In this document: positions 1 through 13,899 of the stretch, in pieces
How positions within the stretch are numbered: position 1 is the first letter of the stretch
Layout of the letters: each line of letters opens with the position of its first letter
Source of the DNA: Chrysomallon squamiferum
Taxonomy: Eukaryota > Animalia > Mollusca
NCBI GenBank assembly: GCA_012295275.1
Contig: CM022665.1
Span: forward strand, 6,200,001-6,264,000
Direction of reading: 5' to 3'
DNA: 64,000 nt
The notes under the pieces: generated by a model
What the model was told of the DNA's origin: nothing
The model's database searches: none
Seen by the model: only the letters and a program-made list of their open reading frames with translations
Translations under genes and position numbers: made by a program

Positions 1-2139
1 TCATCTACCTGGTATTTCACATTCTGCAGAGAAAGCACTAAAGAAAAGTGTAAGTTGCTGAATGGCTCATAAAAATGTTGTTAATAATACTGCAAGAATC
101 AACAGGTTGTTGAAAGGGCAGAGTTTGTGGGAGTATTATTAATGGACTAAGTAAAGACTGCTGGAGAGAGAGAGTAAAAAAAATAATGTTATGTTCAAAA
201 TGGCTGCAGAAATGTGTGATTTTATGACATTGTAGTAAATCATTCAACATCATCATCATGGCCAAAACATTGTACTGTGGCAACACATTTTTCAAACTGA
301 TTACATGTGACCTAAATATGTGCTTTCTTCTTATCTAGCAGTTTGTATGGCTATTTTGAAAACAAGAAAACAAAAATGATTAATTATCTACAGATCGTAA
401 GTCCAGTCTTAATGTAAATTAGCATTTATATTTCAACATCTTTCAAATGACCAACAAATCAATACTCCTCAGTTTATTAACATTAATAGAACAACCAGTT
501 TACAGTTAAGCATCCAGTCTGAACAATTCCCGTGGGTAGCAATGATTTATATATTTTAGAACGACAGGCATAACAACTGGAATTAATTCTGTGAGCACCA
601 AAATTAATAAAATGAAAATCTGGCTGATTAACAAAATATCTACTGTGTGTATTCATGTGTGTAATAAATTGCTCTTTGACTGTTTTCTTAGTGTTGTCAA
701 TGTGGAGTAATATGGTAATAAAAATTAAAAATGCAAAATAAGCAAATAAGACATAACTATATTTTTTATCAATCTGGAATAGGTTATATATATAAGCCTG
801 TCAGAATTTTTTAAATGCACAACCGTAATATGAAAGTCTATAAACGCTTCTGTTGGAAGCCAATTTAACATTATTTTTATAAGCACAGTTTTAAAACATT
901 TACAAATGAAAATGTTTATGAAACTACTGTATGTTTCAGCTCAATAACTATCACTTTATGCTAAACAGTTTAGCACAGGTAAAGAAACGACAACAATATC
1001 ATCACTTTAAAAACACATCATGAACATCTGTGTACTGCAGAAAATAAATATGTATGCATAAACTAACATATAAACAGTGTTTTGCCTATTACAGAATAGG
1101 AGGGTGGCCTGCCTTCATTTGCCTAAATTCTCAATAAAACATGCTGATATTTGTTGCAATATTGCCTCAGATCTGTTCTATAACCATTATCATCTGCAGG
1201 CTTCAGTTTGTGAAGCAAGCAATATTTGTTAGCACCAATAAACAAATATAAATAACACTTTTTAGCCATCAAATATTCATGAAAATTTCACTGTGAGACC
1301 TCGTCAGTTCTATCCTTTTGAAGACAGCTTATATGAAAAAAATGTTCCTTTTTCTACCTGTACCTTGCCCCGTTTTCACTGTGGGAGAAACACGAATATA
1401 CATAAACACACATACAAAGATACACACACAAACATACACATGCACCAGCAAACACAGCTAAACAGATACACACAGACTTATAAATACTCATCTTTCACAC
1501 AAGTCACATATACAAACAAAGATAAAGACAGACATCTAAAATAAACACAAAATAAAAAAAAAATCATCATTCAAACTGAGAAGGCCATAAAATGTACTAT
1601 TATTATTTTTATTTTTTTTATTTTTTTTTCCATATGAACCATAATGTCATTTTAGATCGATCTGAAACTAAAAATAAAGGTTACAACAAAAAATATCGAC
1701 ATGAAAATTAGTTATCAGGAATGTCAACAAATGTGAAAAAAAGTGAAAAAAATCAGTGATGAAAAAGAAGTACATGTACTTATGTTACACTGCTGATACA
1801 AACAATCAGAGGCCTTCTTCAGCTGTGTTTGACTTGAAACGTAAAAGACAGATTTTAAGAAAAATAAACAAAATGGTAATTATAGTGAAAAATATTAAAT
1901 AATAAAAAAAATGCTCTTTACACATACACTGACAGTACAGATAAAAATCTATCAGTGGCCATCAACGGCGATCTCTGATTTGAAACATAAATGTAGGCTT
2001 AAAAACACAATAATTAATTAGAGCTGGGAATCAGAAAAACAAACCACAAAATCAATAATGACACAGTTGTGTACTGCTAGTAACTAGTACCGGTGAATGT
2101 GCAGGTCAATGACTTCTATGAGAAATACAGCAGCTGTTT

Positions 2140-2173
<34 letters not shown>

Positions 2174-3008
2174 TGTTTATTATTAACATGTAATCAGTAC
2201 CATTGTGTGTGAACTCCAGTGTATTCATCTACTTTAATCTCATTACACATCTGTGTTGTATGTTCATTATTCCCCATGTACCTACTACTGTCACAGTGGA
2301 GTAAACACAGCACGTTTATGTCTGTCAATTACAATATGACAGGCTGAGATGTCATTTGGCTAGTTTGTTTTGATTTATTATTTCTCAAATTTCATAGCAG
2401 TTTTAAGGTAAGTGGCAATGATGTGTTATGTAATGGAGAAAATGTGTGTGATAAAGGCTGCAGCACACAGAGGCAAAATGAAGGTTAGGTTTGATGTTAG
2501 ATGAAGTATTATGTAACATGTAATTAATTATAAAGAGGAATACTCAATAACATCTCACTGTTTAACTCAAAATCTGTAATCCTAAGCTTTGGATGTTGCA
2601 CCAAGTCGTAACTTACACAAATTAATAAATGACATCTATATCACTGAGTTTGTTTTCTTCATCTCCACATAGAGATGTAACCTATGTTTTAATATAACTT
2701 TTAACATAACTATTAAAAAAAAAAAACTTTTGTCCTGAATTTGTAAAACTTACAATTTTTGACAGTGCTATAATAAAAATGACATTTTTGTCATACATTG
2801 TGCTGATACATTGTGCCATTACAAAGTTTTACTGCTATTAAAAGATAGGTTTTTTTTTTATTATTAATAGTTTTTGGGGTTTTTTTTAAACTGACATTCA
2901 CATTTAGCTTCTGTTTTCTTATTGTGGGACATAAAAAATATCATACTAACACAATTTCATTTAAAACATAGTCTGATCCAAAATACAATTTAAAACAAAT
3001 ATATATAT

Positions 3009-5863
3009 GGGTCATTCCGTGTCAAATCACCCAAAAAAAAAAGAAATTTAAACCCGACCGTCTCAGATTTTTATGAAACTTGGTATACTTGTTGACTGGG
3101 ATCCCACAGCACCAAATCTGAAATGTTAGCTCAATCAGACCAGTGGTGTGGGAGATACGGCCCACCGAATTTTGAGATTTTTGCCGAAAATGGGTGTGAC
3201 CACCAACCTTAGAACCCTCATATCTCAGGAACTACTGGGCCAATCTTCATAAAATTGGTATTGTTAGAAAGGCAAAATGACAAGGATACCAAATCTGCCA
3301 TTTTTGTTTAGTTTGGAAAATACTGGAGTACCTTGACCTTTTGACCTTTGCTATGACCTTGAAATTGACCGTGTGGATCACGTGATCTTGAGATAACCTT
3401 TATTGAAATGTAATCTCCCACATGTTAACTAAAACATATAAAAGTTTCCTGGGTGTAATATTTTTTGTTTAGCCACAATATAGATTTAAAAAAATGCACA
3501 TACATGAAAATAACACCTTTTCAGCCATTAACATCTGATTAACTAAAACCTGAATGATCAATTCTGGATGCTAGGGATCACCATCTTTCTTGATCATCGA
3601 GTAAGACATTGTAGGCCTACATGTATGCATAAAGTTCACATAAATTTGAGAGAACTAGGTGTTTCTGATGCTTAACCTTCTCACTATGTTTGTTTCAAAT
3701 GCTCACTATATCCTTCATTCCCAGACACATTCTACTGTTCTCATCACTTTCATAAAATTGGATTATTTCCTCCTTCAATTCATTGTCCTTTCAATGGTAA
3801 AGGGTGACAAAATCAAGATTTGCACACGCTCTGGGTAGGATTCAGAATTAACATGTCATTTTAATGTTACTGTAGCTGATGCTAGTTTTTTCTGTCCTTT
3901 CATTCATTTACTGGAATGTGCTAGAGAATGGAGTTTGACAGGAGTTTAGCCCTAAACTCTCGACAGAATAGAATTCAAATCAAAGTCCTTTTCTGGGGAA
4001 ACAACAACCAGCGGTTTGTCTGGCAAGTTATCACCAAATTCTCCCATTGTAATACCACCATCCTAAACCCATCCTCTGCAGGACCTTTGATTTCTGAAGG
4101 GTAATCAGACAGTCACAGCACAACTTGTCTCCTGGCACTAGTGTCTTTGGAGGATTTACTAAGCATTTGTAAGTGCCCATGCTAACAATTCTTAAAGATC
4201 TAGTGCGTGCTTGCTCAGGGTGGTGATTAAGGGGATCACAACAGTTTTTCTGCAATGTTGAAAATTTGATGAAAAGTTCTTGTTCGTGATACTCTTGATG
4301 TCCCGTGTTTTGATCCCACTTCAAAGAGTGAGGAGTTCGACTTCCTCAGTTTTCCATACACTTCGCAACAACTCCTTTTTGATATGATGGTGTTGATAAC
4401 ACATATTTTCAGGAGAGTTAAAGCTGCAGTTAGCCCTGGACGAAATAAGGATTTTCAGTATTGGCCTGCACCTTCAATTCAATAGAACAAAGTCAGTGCT
4501 TTCCTAAATATTAAATTAAATCCTGAAACCCTTTCAGTAAAGTTAAGCAGGTCATAAAATGGCAGCAGAGTACATGTGTTATTGCCAAAGGCCCACAAGT
4601 CTTGGGCATTTATGTCAATCTTCTCAAGTATAAATCACAGTTTATTAAGGTGAAGTAGACCTTGTTCATACTCTGTGCGAAGACTGGGTGTACAAATACA
4701 TTATGCAGTACATCACTTGATGACGTTTGATTTCAGACTGGGTTGTACTGTTGTTGACTGAAACCTTGTTCAAAGCCAATGGCAAGGCCCACATGACATG
4801 ATAAAATTACTTAATAGGTTTTATGAAATAAAAATATTGTTTATATATCAACATCTGACATTGTGTCCAACTTAAAAAGCTTCAGATTGTCAAAGAAATG
4901 CAGATGAAGAAACTTTTTGTCTTAAACTTCTAATTGCCATGTGCTCAATGGGGATTGCACCAGGGAATCTAAAGGAGTTCCTGACCTGTCTGAAGCATCA
5001 CTTCCTGTTAACCCTTTGAGCCTGACTGTGTAGAACATGTCATGCCATTTGGCATCTTTTTCATATCCTTCAGGCATTCCTTCAGACATGTCAGGTGGGT
5101 TTTAACTCCAAAGATAAGTTTTAGTCTCAGAGAAAATGTACATTGTAATGCATTGTATCAATCATCCATGCAGGTATGCATTTTTTTAAATCTCTATTAT
5201 GGCTAAACAAAAATATTATACCCAGGAAACTTTTTTATATGTGAACTTTATGCATACATGTAGGCCTACAATGTCTTACTCGATGATCAAGAGAGATGGT
5301 GATTCCTAGCATCCAGAATTGATCATTCAGGTTTTAGTTAATCAGATGTTAATGGCTGAAAAGGTGTTATTTTCATGTATGTGCATTTTTTAAATCTATA
5401 TTGTGGCTAAACAAAAAAATATTACACCCAGGAAAACTTTTATATGTTTTAGTTAACATGTGGGAGATTAAATTTCAATAAAGGTCATCTCAAGATCACG
5501 TGATCCACACGGTCAATTTCAAGGTCATAGCAAAGGTCAAAAGGTCAAGGTACTCCAATATTTTCCAAACTAAACAAAAATGGCAGATTTGGTATCCTTG
5601 TCATTTTGCCTTTCTAACAATACCAATTTTATGAAGATTGGCCCAGTAGTTCCTAAGATATGAGGGTTCTAAGGTTGGTGGTCACACCCATTTTTGGCAA
5701 AAATCTCAAAATTCGGTGGGCCGTATCTCCCACACCACTGGTCTGATTGAGCTAACATTTCAGATTTGGTGCTGTGGGATCCCAGTCAACAAGTATACCA
5801 AGTTTCATAAAAATCTGAGACGGTCGGGTTTAAACCATTGGGTGATTTGACACGGAATGACCC
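3009..5863 (-). mobile_element. Non-autonomous Sola2-like DNA transposon with long TIRs
   Basis: Begins GGGTCATTCCGTGTCAAATCACCC (3009) and ends GGGTGATTTGACACGGAATGACCC (5863). TIRs ~3009-3642 and ~5238-5863 are nearly identical, and ATAT flanks both sides. GRG..CYC termini, a 4-bp TSD and long TIRs fit Sola2. Internal decayed minus-strand coding remnant. Confidence 0.85.
4031..4460 (-). pseudogene. Decayed transposase N-terminal Cys/His domain (ARL14EP-N-like) inside the Sola2-like element
   Basis: Minus strand reads ..EEVELLTL*SGIKTRDIKSI / frameshift / EYHEQELFIKFSTLQKNCCDPLNHH..SLRIVS..LVPGDKLCCDC. Parallels the recalled ARL14EP N-terminus (..LLLQLRTG..ICFHH..RFEDLQKSCCDPFNIH..LVPGWKLCPKC). 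One stop and one frameshift. Confidence 0.6.
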
Positions 5864-6371
5864 ATATATTAAAAATATAATTATGTCAAATTTATCTTAA
5901 TGTGGTAAATCCATTTGTCATCTGTTTAGGTATATCTGTTATCTGTGCGCACACAAATAAAAACAACAAAAATGAATAATAATAATAAAAAATTAATTAA
6001 AAATAACCAAAATGCAGTGACAGAGATGTAAATGTCATATTCATCAGTTATTAATTTAATTATATATGATGTTACTCATTAAAAAGTAGTAAAACAGACT
6101 TGTCAACAATAAATTACATTACAGACTCTTTTTAAGATATTAATCAGGACAGTTTTACATATGAACTAAACACTTCAGAACATTATTTTGTGTGTCTGTG
6201 TGTGTGTACGTGTGTGTATGTATGTGTGTGTGGGTGCATGCATGTGTGTGTATGCATCAATGTATGTATGTATATATATGCATGTATCAATACACACACA
6301 AACATTAAGGCCTGAGTCATCATATGTTGAATAATGTATTGAGCTTCTCACTTTCCAATCAATGCTCTATG

Positions 6372-6480
6372 GCTGCTTTGTTAAAGGCTGTGCTATCTGA
6401 TTTCCTATCTGTGGTAAGATACGTGTAAAGCATCCCAAGTTGTTAAATGATAAGAGAAACTATAGAACACTTTCTCTCTC
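6372..6480 (+). mobile_element. Diverged fragment of a SINE-like interspersed repeat
   Basis: AAAGGCTGTGCTATC..CTATCTGTGG..AAAGCATCCC..TTTCTCTCTC resembles the copy at ~57040 and the reverse complement of those at ~49835 and ~63631. Confidence 0.4.
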
Positions 6481-7372
6481 AGAAAAATCACTGAAGCAGA
6501 AAAATATGTCCACTTCGTAATAACAGTTAATGCCCAAATGTGTTATTGCATACAAACCATTTAAAGTATTCAGAACGTACTTCATATAAAAGTCAAATAT
6601 CCAAGGTTTATGTTAAAAAAGAACCATTAAATTGCTTCAAAGTGTTATTAAATAAATTATCCTTCAAACTGTGTTGGTGTCAGCCAAAGTAGGGCAACTG
6701 AATAAAGATCTTACTGTTTAAGAAAAGAATGTTGTACATAACTCAGTGAAGGAAATGTACTAAATGTAACAACTCTATTCTCACAGCCTGAAGCTACAGG
6801 CAGATAAAAAATATAACTCAGTGAAATTCAGATGGAAAAAGCTAGCATATTTAATATAAAACCATGCTAATAGGCTTTGGACCCATGCGTAATCTACATC
6901 TCTTACTGTTCATAATTTAATCTGCAGCTAGTAAACAAAATCTGTTCATTTTATAATTTATGTTTATGCTTTAGGCTCATGTGGATGGTATCACATTATA
7001 AATCTGACTGATTATTACAGATCTGTCTCAAACCATTTAAGAACAACAAAGCAGATAAACAAACATACGTACGTACACAAGCCTTTATAATGAACATTAT
7101 GTAACTATGCATGTCATTGATTTTACTCTGAATACAGACATACAAGTATTTTTAATTGTCAATTGTTATAAATTAGTAACCACTACAAACACAAACATTC
7201 ATACACATATATGCATCTAATTACTTTGAACAGTGACAAACACCAGTAGTTTTAATTACTGATAGTTATAATTACTAACAATTGCAAATTCAATCTATTC
7301 AGTAAAGATAAAAAATGCTGTTAAGTATTCTGTCAAGTAAACGTTTACTGATTCTGATATTGTAACAATTAC

Positions 7373-7657
7373 CCTTTTGAGAATCTTCACTCCTTTTCTT
7401 GGTTCGTTTAGTTCTGTTTCCTGGAAGATGCATTCGTCGCAGTCACAGGGGGGAAGTTCCACACACACAGTGTTTTGTTCCATGTTGTACTCGATGCTGA
7501 GAACACCAGCAGTACCGTCTAGCACACAGTCTTCATCAATGGGACAGAGCTGAGATTCCGACAGACTTCTGTTACTACTGTTCCTCTTCATGGCTGCTAT
7601 GTCGCTGTCACTTAATGTTCTACCATTATTACAGTTAACACTGCCTGCTGCCGACAT
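7373..7657 (-). CDS. Alternative N-terminal coding exon (95 aa) of the large minus-strand gene; tentatively inositol-trisphosphate 3-kinase (IP3K/ITPK-like)
   Basis: ATG at 7657; MSAAGSVN..RTLSDSDI..RSLSESQL..ELPPCDCDECIF..KILKR ends at a phase-0 donor AGG|GTAATT (7373/7372). The CDCDEC motif before a basic stretch is recalled from invertebrate IP3K N-termini; no catalytic exon is visible in the window. Confidence 0.6.
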
Positions 7658-10600
7658 GTTTTGCAAAACTTTGCTGGGGATCAGTAATAAGTCGTATTCC
7701 TACTTCGGGTCTTCCTCTGTTTCACAACTATATACAGATATTTTTTTAACTGCATGAATAGTTTTCTGGAACCTTCATTCACATGGCACTGTAGTTAGCT
7801 CACAGATCCAAAATGATAAGGTTATGATAAATTATTATATTTATAGCAGGATTTTAGACCAGGCTTTCACACAGAGCACACACAAGTAAGTTGATTATAA
7901 ATCTGTTCTCCACCAGTGCTGGGACATTAATCCACACTGCTAATACAGCAAGTTTTTGTGTTCACTGCTGGACCAACAAGATCTGCACTGAAAGACTTGC
8001 TAACATTATTTAGTAAAACGTTAATGTACTCTGACTAGCTACTCAGCTCCTAGGAACAAGTATGTCTACATCATTTATGTATAACTGAAATTATAATGTA
8101 TAACACTGTCTAGATCATCCCTTCAATTATAATTATTTTCTCCAAATAGCTGGTGGCCTGTGTTTGGTCTTATTTCAGTTAATGTCGGACTTCTTTTCCT
8201 TCACAGCTCATCAACCACAACTTTAATGCCTGCCTGTGAACTGTATAGGAAACCAAACCATAATTATTTCCATATTTCTGAATGGCACTTACTGCAGTTA
8301 AGATGAATTTTGTACGATACATAAGTTAAACAAATAACTATGCAGTGGTATACAGATTTTCATAAAAATAATAATTTTAAAGAAAATTTAATTATTTGCT
8401 TTCTTTAAATTAAATTTAAAACATTATATTTTAAATTCTTAAAGTTTATTATTTAATTTCTATTCTTATTATTAATTTTTCACCTTCTTGTATTGCTTTA
8501 TATGTTTTAAAAAGAAATAATAAAAATAAACAACCTATAATATTGCTCACTGTTAAAAAGTTATTTAACAATAATTACAAAATAACAAATAATTATATAA
8601 ATTTTTAGCTAAAATATTAGTAACATCAACTTGAAAGAAAAAAATGAAGATCTACAAAGCTAGACACTTACCTTTGTCTAACACTCTGTCTAATGATATA
8701 ACGCTAAAGTAAACATAGTAGTTTGTCAACACATTACACACTGAATAAAGGCTGACCTCCAGCTGGAGAGACATCAGTGTTATGAAGAGGTTGATTTAAG
8801 ATAACGCACTGTGCAAACACTTAACTACTCCAATAATGTGTAATTACTCAGTGTTCACCAACTCTCTTCTCTTACACTGTTCAATGAAATGTTATTCAAA
8901 CTTGTCATGCTACAGTGGATGCTAAATATGTCCAGACATGATATACAGCTTATGTTAATTAGGTGTTGACAACAGAACAATGAAGCATCCATCTCCAGCT
9001 AAGCAGTTCATGATTACATTGCATAAACAAGACTGATTTTTATTTTTAAAATATATTCTTTAATTTAAAAAAAAAAAAATTCTTTTAATAATAACCTTTT
9101 TTTTTTTTTTTTTTTTTTTCCGGTATGCCTGTTTGGAGCTTTCATGTAATCCAAATAAAGAAAATAATAATAATAATAATAATTTTAAAAAAAATTCATA
9201 ATAATAAAAGATAAACAAAAATGGTTTCATGTTTTTATAAAAATTAGTCAGTTTTTATTTTTAATTTTATTTCTGTTTCTAAATTAATTTTTTGTTAACA
9301 ATTATAAATTAGTTGATTTATTTTTTTTACTAAAACTATTTTTGTTAACAGCTATTTTTTACAGTACCAGCAACTTGCTTTGATAACAAATTAACACACA
9401 CACACACACATACACACATAAAAACACACACACTATTTCAAACTGCACATATTAATTTTACGGCTTCAACAATCCAACTAATTAACAAATATGCCACCCC
9501 CCAAGATATTTATAATATGTTATAATATATAATTATATTATTATTGTTTATTACACCTGTTAATATTGGTGTTACGAAACTTGAGTATTTTATTTGGCCT
9601 TGATAAGGTTCCTAATATTTTATACTTGCCAACATTTTGTGATTCATAGTATTCATTTACATAAGGAATGGAACTCTTAAATAGACATACAAATACCATA
9701 ACACTGATAATAACAGAATATTATGAACTCTCAGGAGAAGATTCAGCTTATGTTGCACGAGGTCGACCATATGATAATAATAATTTATTTTATCAACAAG
9801 TTATCTAGAATTCTATAAAAATAAAGAAAAAAATAAACTATTTAATTACAAGAACCGAATAATAAATTATCCAAATTGAAATTGTGTAGCATTGCACAAA
9901 GCTTAAACAGCATAGTTTAATTATCTAACAGGATTAATTAACAACATTTCTGATGAAATGTTGAAGTTTACAACCCTTACAGACTTCAAATAGAGCATTT
10001 GATAGAACTCACGCCAACATGCATCCACGTTTGCACCATTATCACCTATGTAAATTATATTTCTGTTATTATGCCAGGTTAGCTTTAATTTGCACCTGCT
10101 TTTTAATGATTCTAATTACCGCTATGATCAAAACCAGTCTAAACATAAAAATGTATTTCGTACTCGCTGGCTTATAGGCCAGGTTGTTCAGAACTATCCT
10201 CCAATTTGTTTTAAATATACTGGAATGTGAACACTTATAAGAAAACACAAACTCATTCATTTATTCATGAGGGTTAAGTCAAATAATAGGCCGGTCATCT
10301 GTTACAATACTTTACCTTTCAAAATGCAAAATTTAGGCTTTGATAGGATATATTTCCACACTAAACCAAAGCATATTTGTTTATCAAAAAACTTTCAGAT
10401 CAATATGCGTAAACTTTCTATTTAAACAAGCAACCACAATAAATCTTTATGCAAAAATTATTTCTGATAAAAACGCATGAATAAACTGAAATGAAAGAAA
10501 TACCTGATTGGTTTGAAAACCCGCACAGAATCAAATATACTCTCAACCAGTGTTTACATGTATGTGTAATCTGATCAGATGTACTAATGCAAAATCTACA

Positions 10601-10853
10601 GCCCCAGATGGTTTTGCTCAACATCAATAATTTCCAAGCTCTAGTAAGTAAATTCTTTTAACATAACAGCAGTCGCTGTAACACACTGTGGGTCAACTCA
10701 TTGACCCTACTGAAAATTTAAGTGAGGACAATCTATATATAGTATCTGCTACAAGTGTCTCAAGTTTTAAAACGGTTTCCACTGCATGACTTCTAATCTT
10801 TGTAACCAAAGTGACAAAATTAACATATGAAAAAATTTACATATGAAATGAAA

Positions 10854-10884
<31 letters not shown>

Positions 10885-11807
10885 ATGAATCTATAAATGA
10901 ATAAATAAATAAATAAATAAATGAATAAATAAATGAATAAATAAATAAATAAATAAAGAAGAAGAAGAAGAAAAATCAAACTAATTTTTACTAAAATACT
11001 TGTTTTGTTGTTTAGCGATATCTTTTATCTCAAAAGGTCTGCTAAAACCAAACTTTTACTTCATCAAAATAAAATCTTTATATAACTAAATTAACATCAG
11101 GCAGCAACGATAATCAGTAAAATAAACTAAAATTCTTTCTGGAAAACAATATTGAAAATGTTCATTAAAAATGATCAAAGCTCAAAAAGTCTTAATCTAT
11201 TTAAACAATATTTCCCTCTTCCACAAGTCTTCACTGTAAAATTCAGGATGATGGTTAAATATGTTGTTTAAATCAACTTAAACAGAAGCATCACAAGAAC
11301 AGAATAGCACCTCTAGATTATAATCACATTCTGATATAATCAAAATAAATGAAATTGTTATAAACAATTTAATATCATTGTTTTTAAACACATTTTTCTA
11401 TTTGAACTTTATATTTTCTTCACTAAATGATTCAGTTTATGAAAATATTATAAAATGTATGTATTTGACACAATTATATCTTATGTATGTGATACACTGA
11501 AAAACAAAAATTTATTTTTGTAGCAATTCTAAATTTATAATGATAAAAATAATAATAATAATAAATAAAAACAAATATAAATAAAAAAAAACATTCTATA
11601 TCAAGATGGGGAATATCCAAGTTTTTCTCAAAAGGAAAGATGATTTCACTCTTCTGTCAAAATGAAATGTTTTTTGATAAAGAAGCTAAAAATACTTAAT
11701 TAAAAATATTTACACTGGTTGTGGCATACTTGTGGATCTTTGCAAACAATTAATACTTTGTGACTTCAGTCTTTAATTTTTTAACATGTTTTGAATATAT
11801 ATATATA

Positions 11808-11850
<43 letters not shown>

Positions 11851-12662
11851 CAGTTAAACAATTACATGGAAAAAAATACATAAAGTTAATCTTTATATGT
11901 AGCTGATAATGTTTCCCCAATTATATTCTGAGGTAATTATTTTTGCTGTGTTAACAATCACACCATAAGCAGCTAAAAATACAGTTCATGGTCCACAAAC
12001 ACACTAATCCTAACATAAAACCAATTTCAGAATTGTTGTAAATATAGATGACGCTCAATAAAACAGTAATCCTAACACAAAATACATTTCAAGAAAGATC
12101 GTATGCAAAATTACAAACAAAAAGCTGGGATCAGTAAATATTTACTGAACTACTGTGAATACATGAAGAATTATAATAACATGGTTGTAATCTCTAGTGT
12201 ACTGTTAATTGAAACAACCATTCAGAGGAACACCATAGAAATATGTTTTAATTAAAACATTATTGAACAGTTCCACAGAAGAGTCTTATTATTAAGTGAA
12301 AATTCTGTTTGCTCACAAAAAAAGAAAATATTGTTCTGAAAACATATTAACAACTGACTAAATATATATTTCTTTATTATGAATATTTCATCTAGCAAAC
12401 CACCAGCTATTTCTAATATACATGCATACATTAAGGCATTTGTGTGTGTGCTCATGCACACACACATGGTAAGAAATCATAAAACAATAAAAAGACCTCT
12501 GTAGTATAAATTAATTTCTATTTTAATAAATACTGGACTGAATATAAACATCATAAAATATTATTATCAGCATAATAAGCATTTCTAATTCAGAGCTAAA
12601 TTAAGTGTTTATTTATTCTAATTTTTTTTTTTTTTTTTATTTATTTATTTATTTATTTATTA

Positions 12663-12702
<40 letters not shown>

Positions 12703-13814
12703 TTTTTTTACTGCAATTTAAACCATACTGTACTGATACAATTCACTCACTCTCACACATACACATACTCACATATATATATAAACACACACAGACAAAT
12801 ATATACTCACAAAGAAAAAAAGAGATGAAAGAGAGTAAAACTCGAGATGTTTTTTAAATATGATATTAAAATATTGTCTATGACATACTAATATTTAAGT
12901 AATTCATGTTATTTACATTTAGGTTTGTATAATGTTTCATATATGTTTTTTATTTCCAGGTAAAAGTCATCAGAAGAGCTAAAAGTAATTTGAGACCTAA
13001 AGGAATTAATTCTATTTGTTAAATCTGCCAGACATTTTATTTTTCCTTAAGAAAACAATAAAAAGGTCAACTTTCTGTTTGCAACTTATACAATTTACAA
13101 TGGGTGCCATGTTTTTCTCTCATCCCCCAAATGGAATAAAAATAAATAATAAAAATAAAAATACTAATAAAAACCTGTGTTGAATCAATAATGTTGTGAT
13201 AAAAGCTAAAATTGGAATTAAAAACAAAATGAAATCTAGGAAGAAGTAGCTAAAATGTGCAGTAAACAAAGACATTAAAGACTGTTATGTTTGTTACTTC
13301 CTTAAATATTGATTTCCATCAGGAACAGATATATTTATTTTTTATTATATTTGCTAGTAAAAAAGGACCAACAAACATAATAAACAATAGCATAAAATGT
13401 ATATGAGTTAGAATTAAGAGTTTTGTTAAATAAAAATCTATAATTACTTGGTATTTTTAAAATACAGAATATTGTTATATGTAATATATCATTGTTTTAC
13501 AACACATAAAGCATACCTACATTCAGCAGATTAAACTAGCTAGAAAATATAACTAAACTATCATTAACTAACAATATCAATATATTAAGTATACAATGTA
13601 ATAATTCTGAGTGGCAAATTCAATTTCATCCATCATCTTAAATAATATCATCAAAGGTCTATTTAAGATATTCCATGCTGGATATATATGATCTTGAATG
13701 ACTAGATTTGCTATTGTAGAGTGATAAAAATTTATATTCCTGTGGACAAATTTTATCTAAAAACATATTTATCTACTAGATGTGAAAATAACCACATTCT
13801 GAATTTCTGAAAAA

Positions 13815-13846
<32 letters not shown>

Positions 13847-13899
13847 ACATCTGGGTTGTAAGTCTTTATGTACAACTTATTTAAATTTAAATTTCTTAC

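Noticed and set aside
13753-13899. C-terminal tail of the 638-aa ORF (VRNLNL..YIYIYIFFFF..)
   Set aside because: Read-through past the GTAAGA donor into intronic AT repeats.
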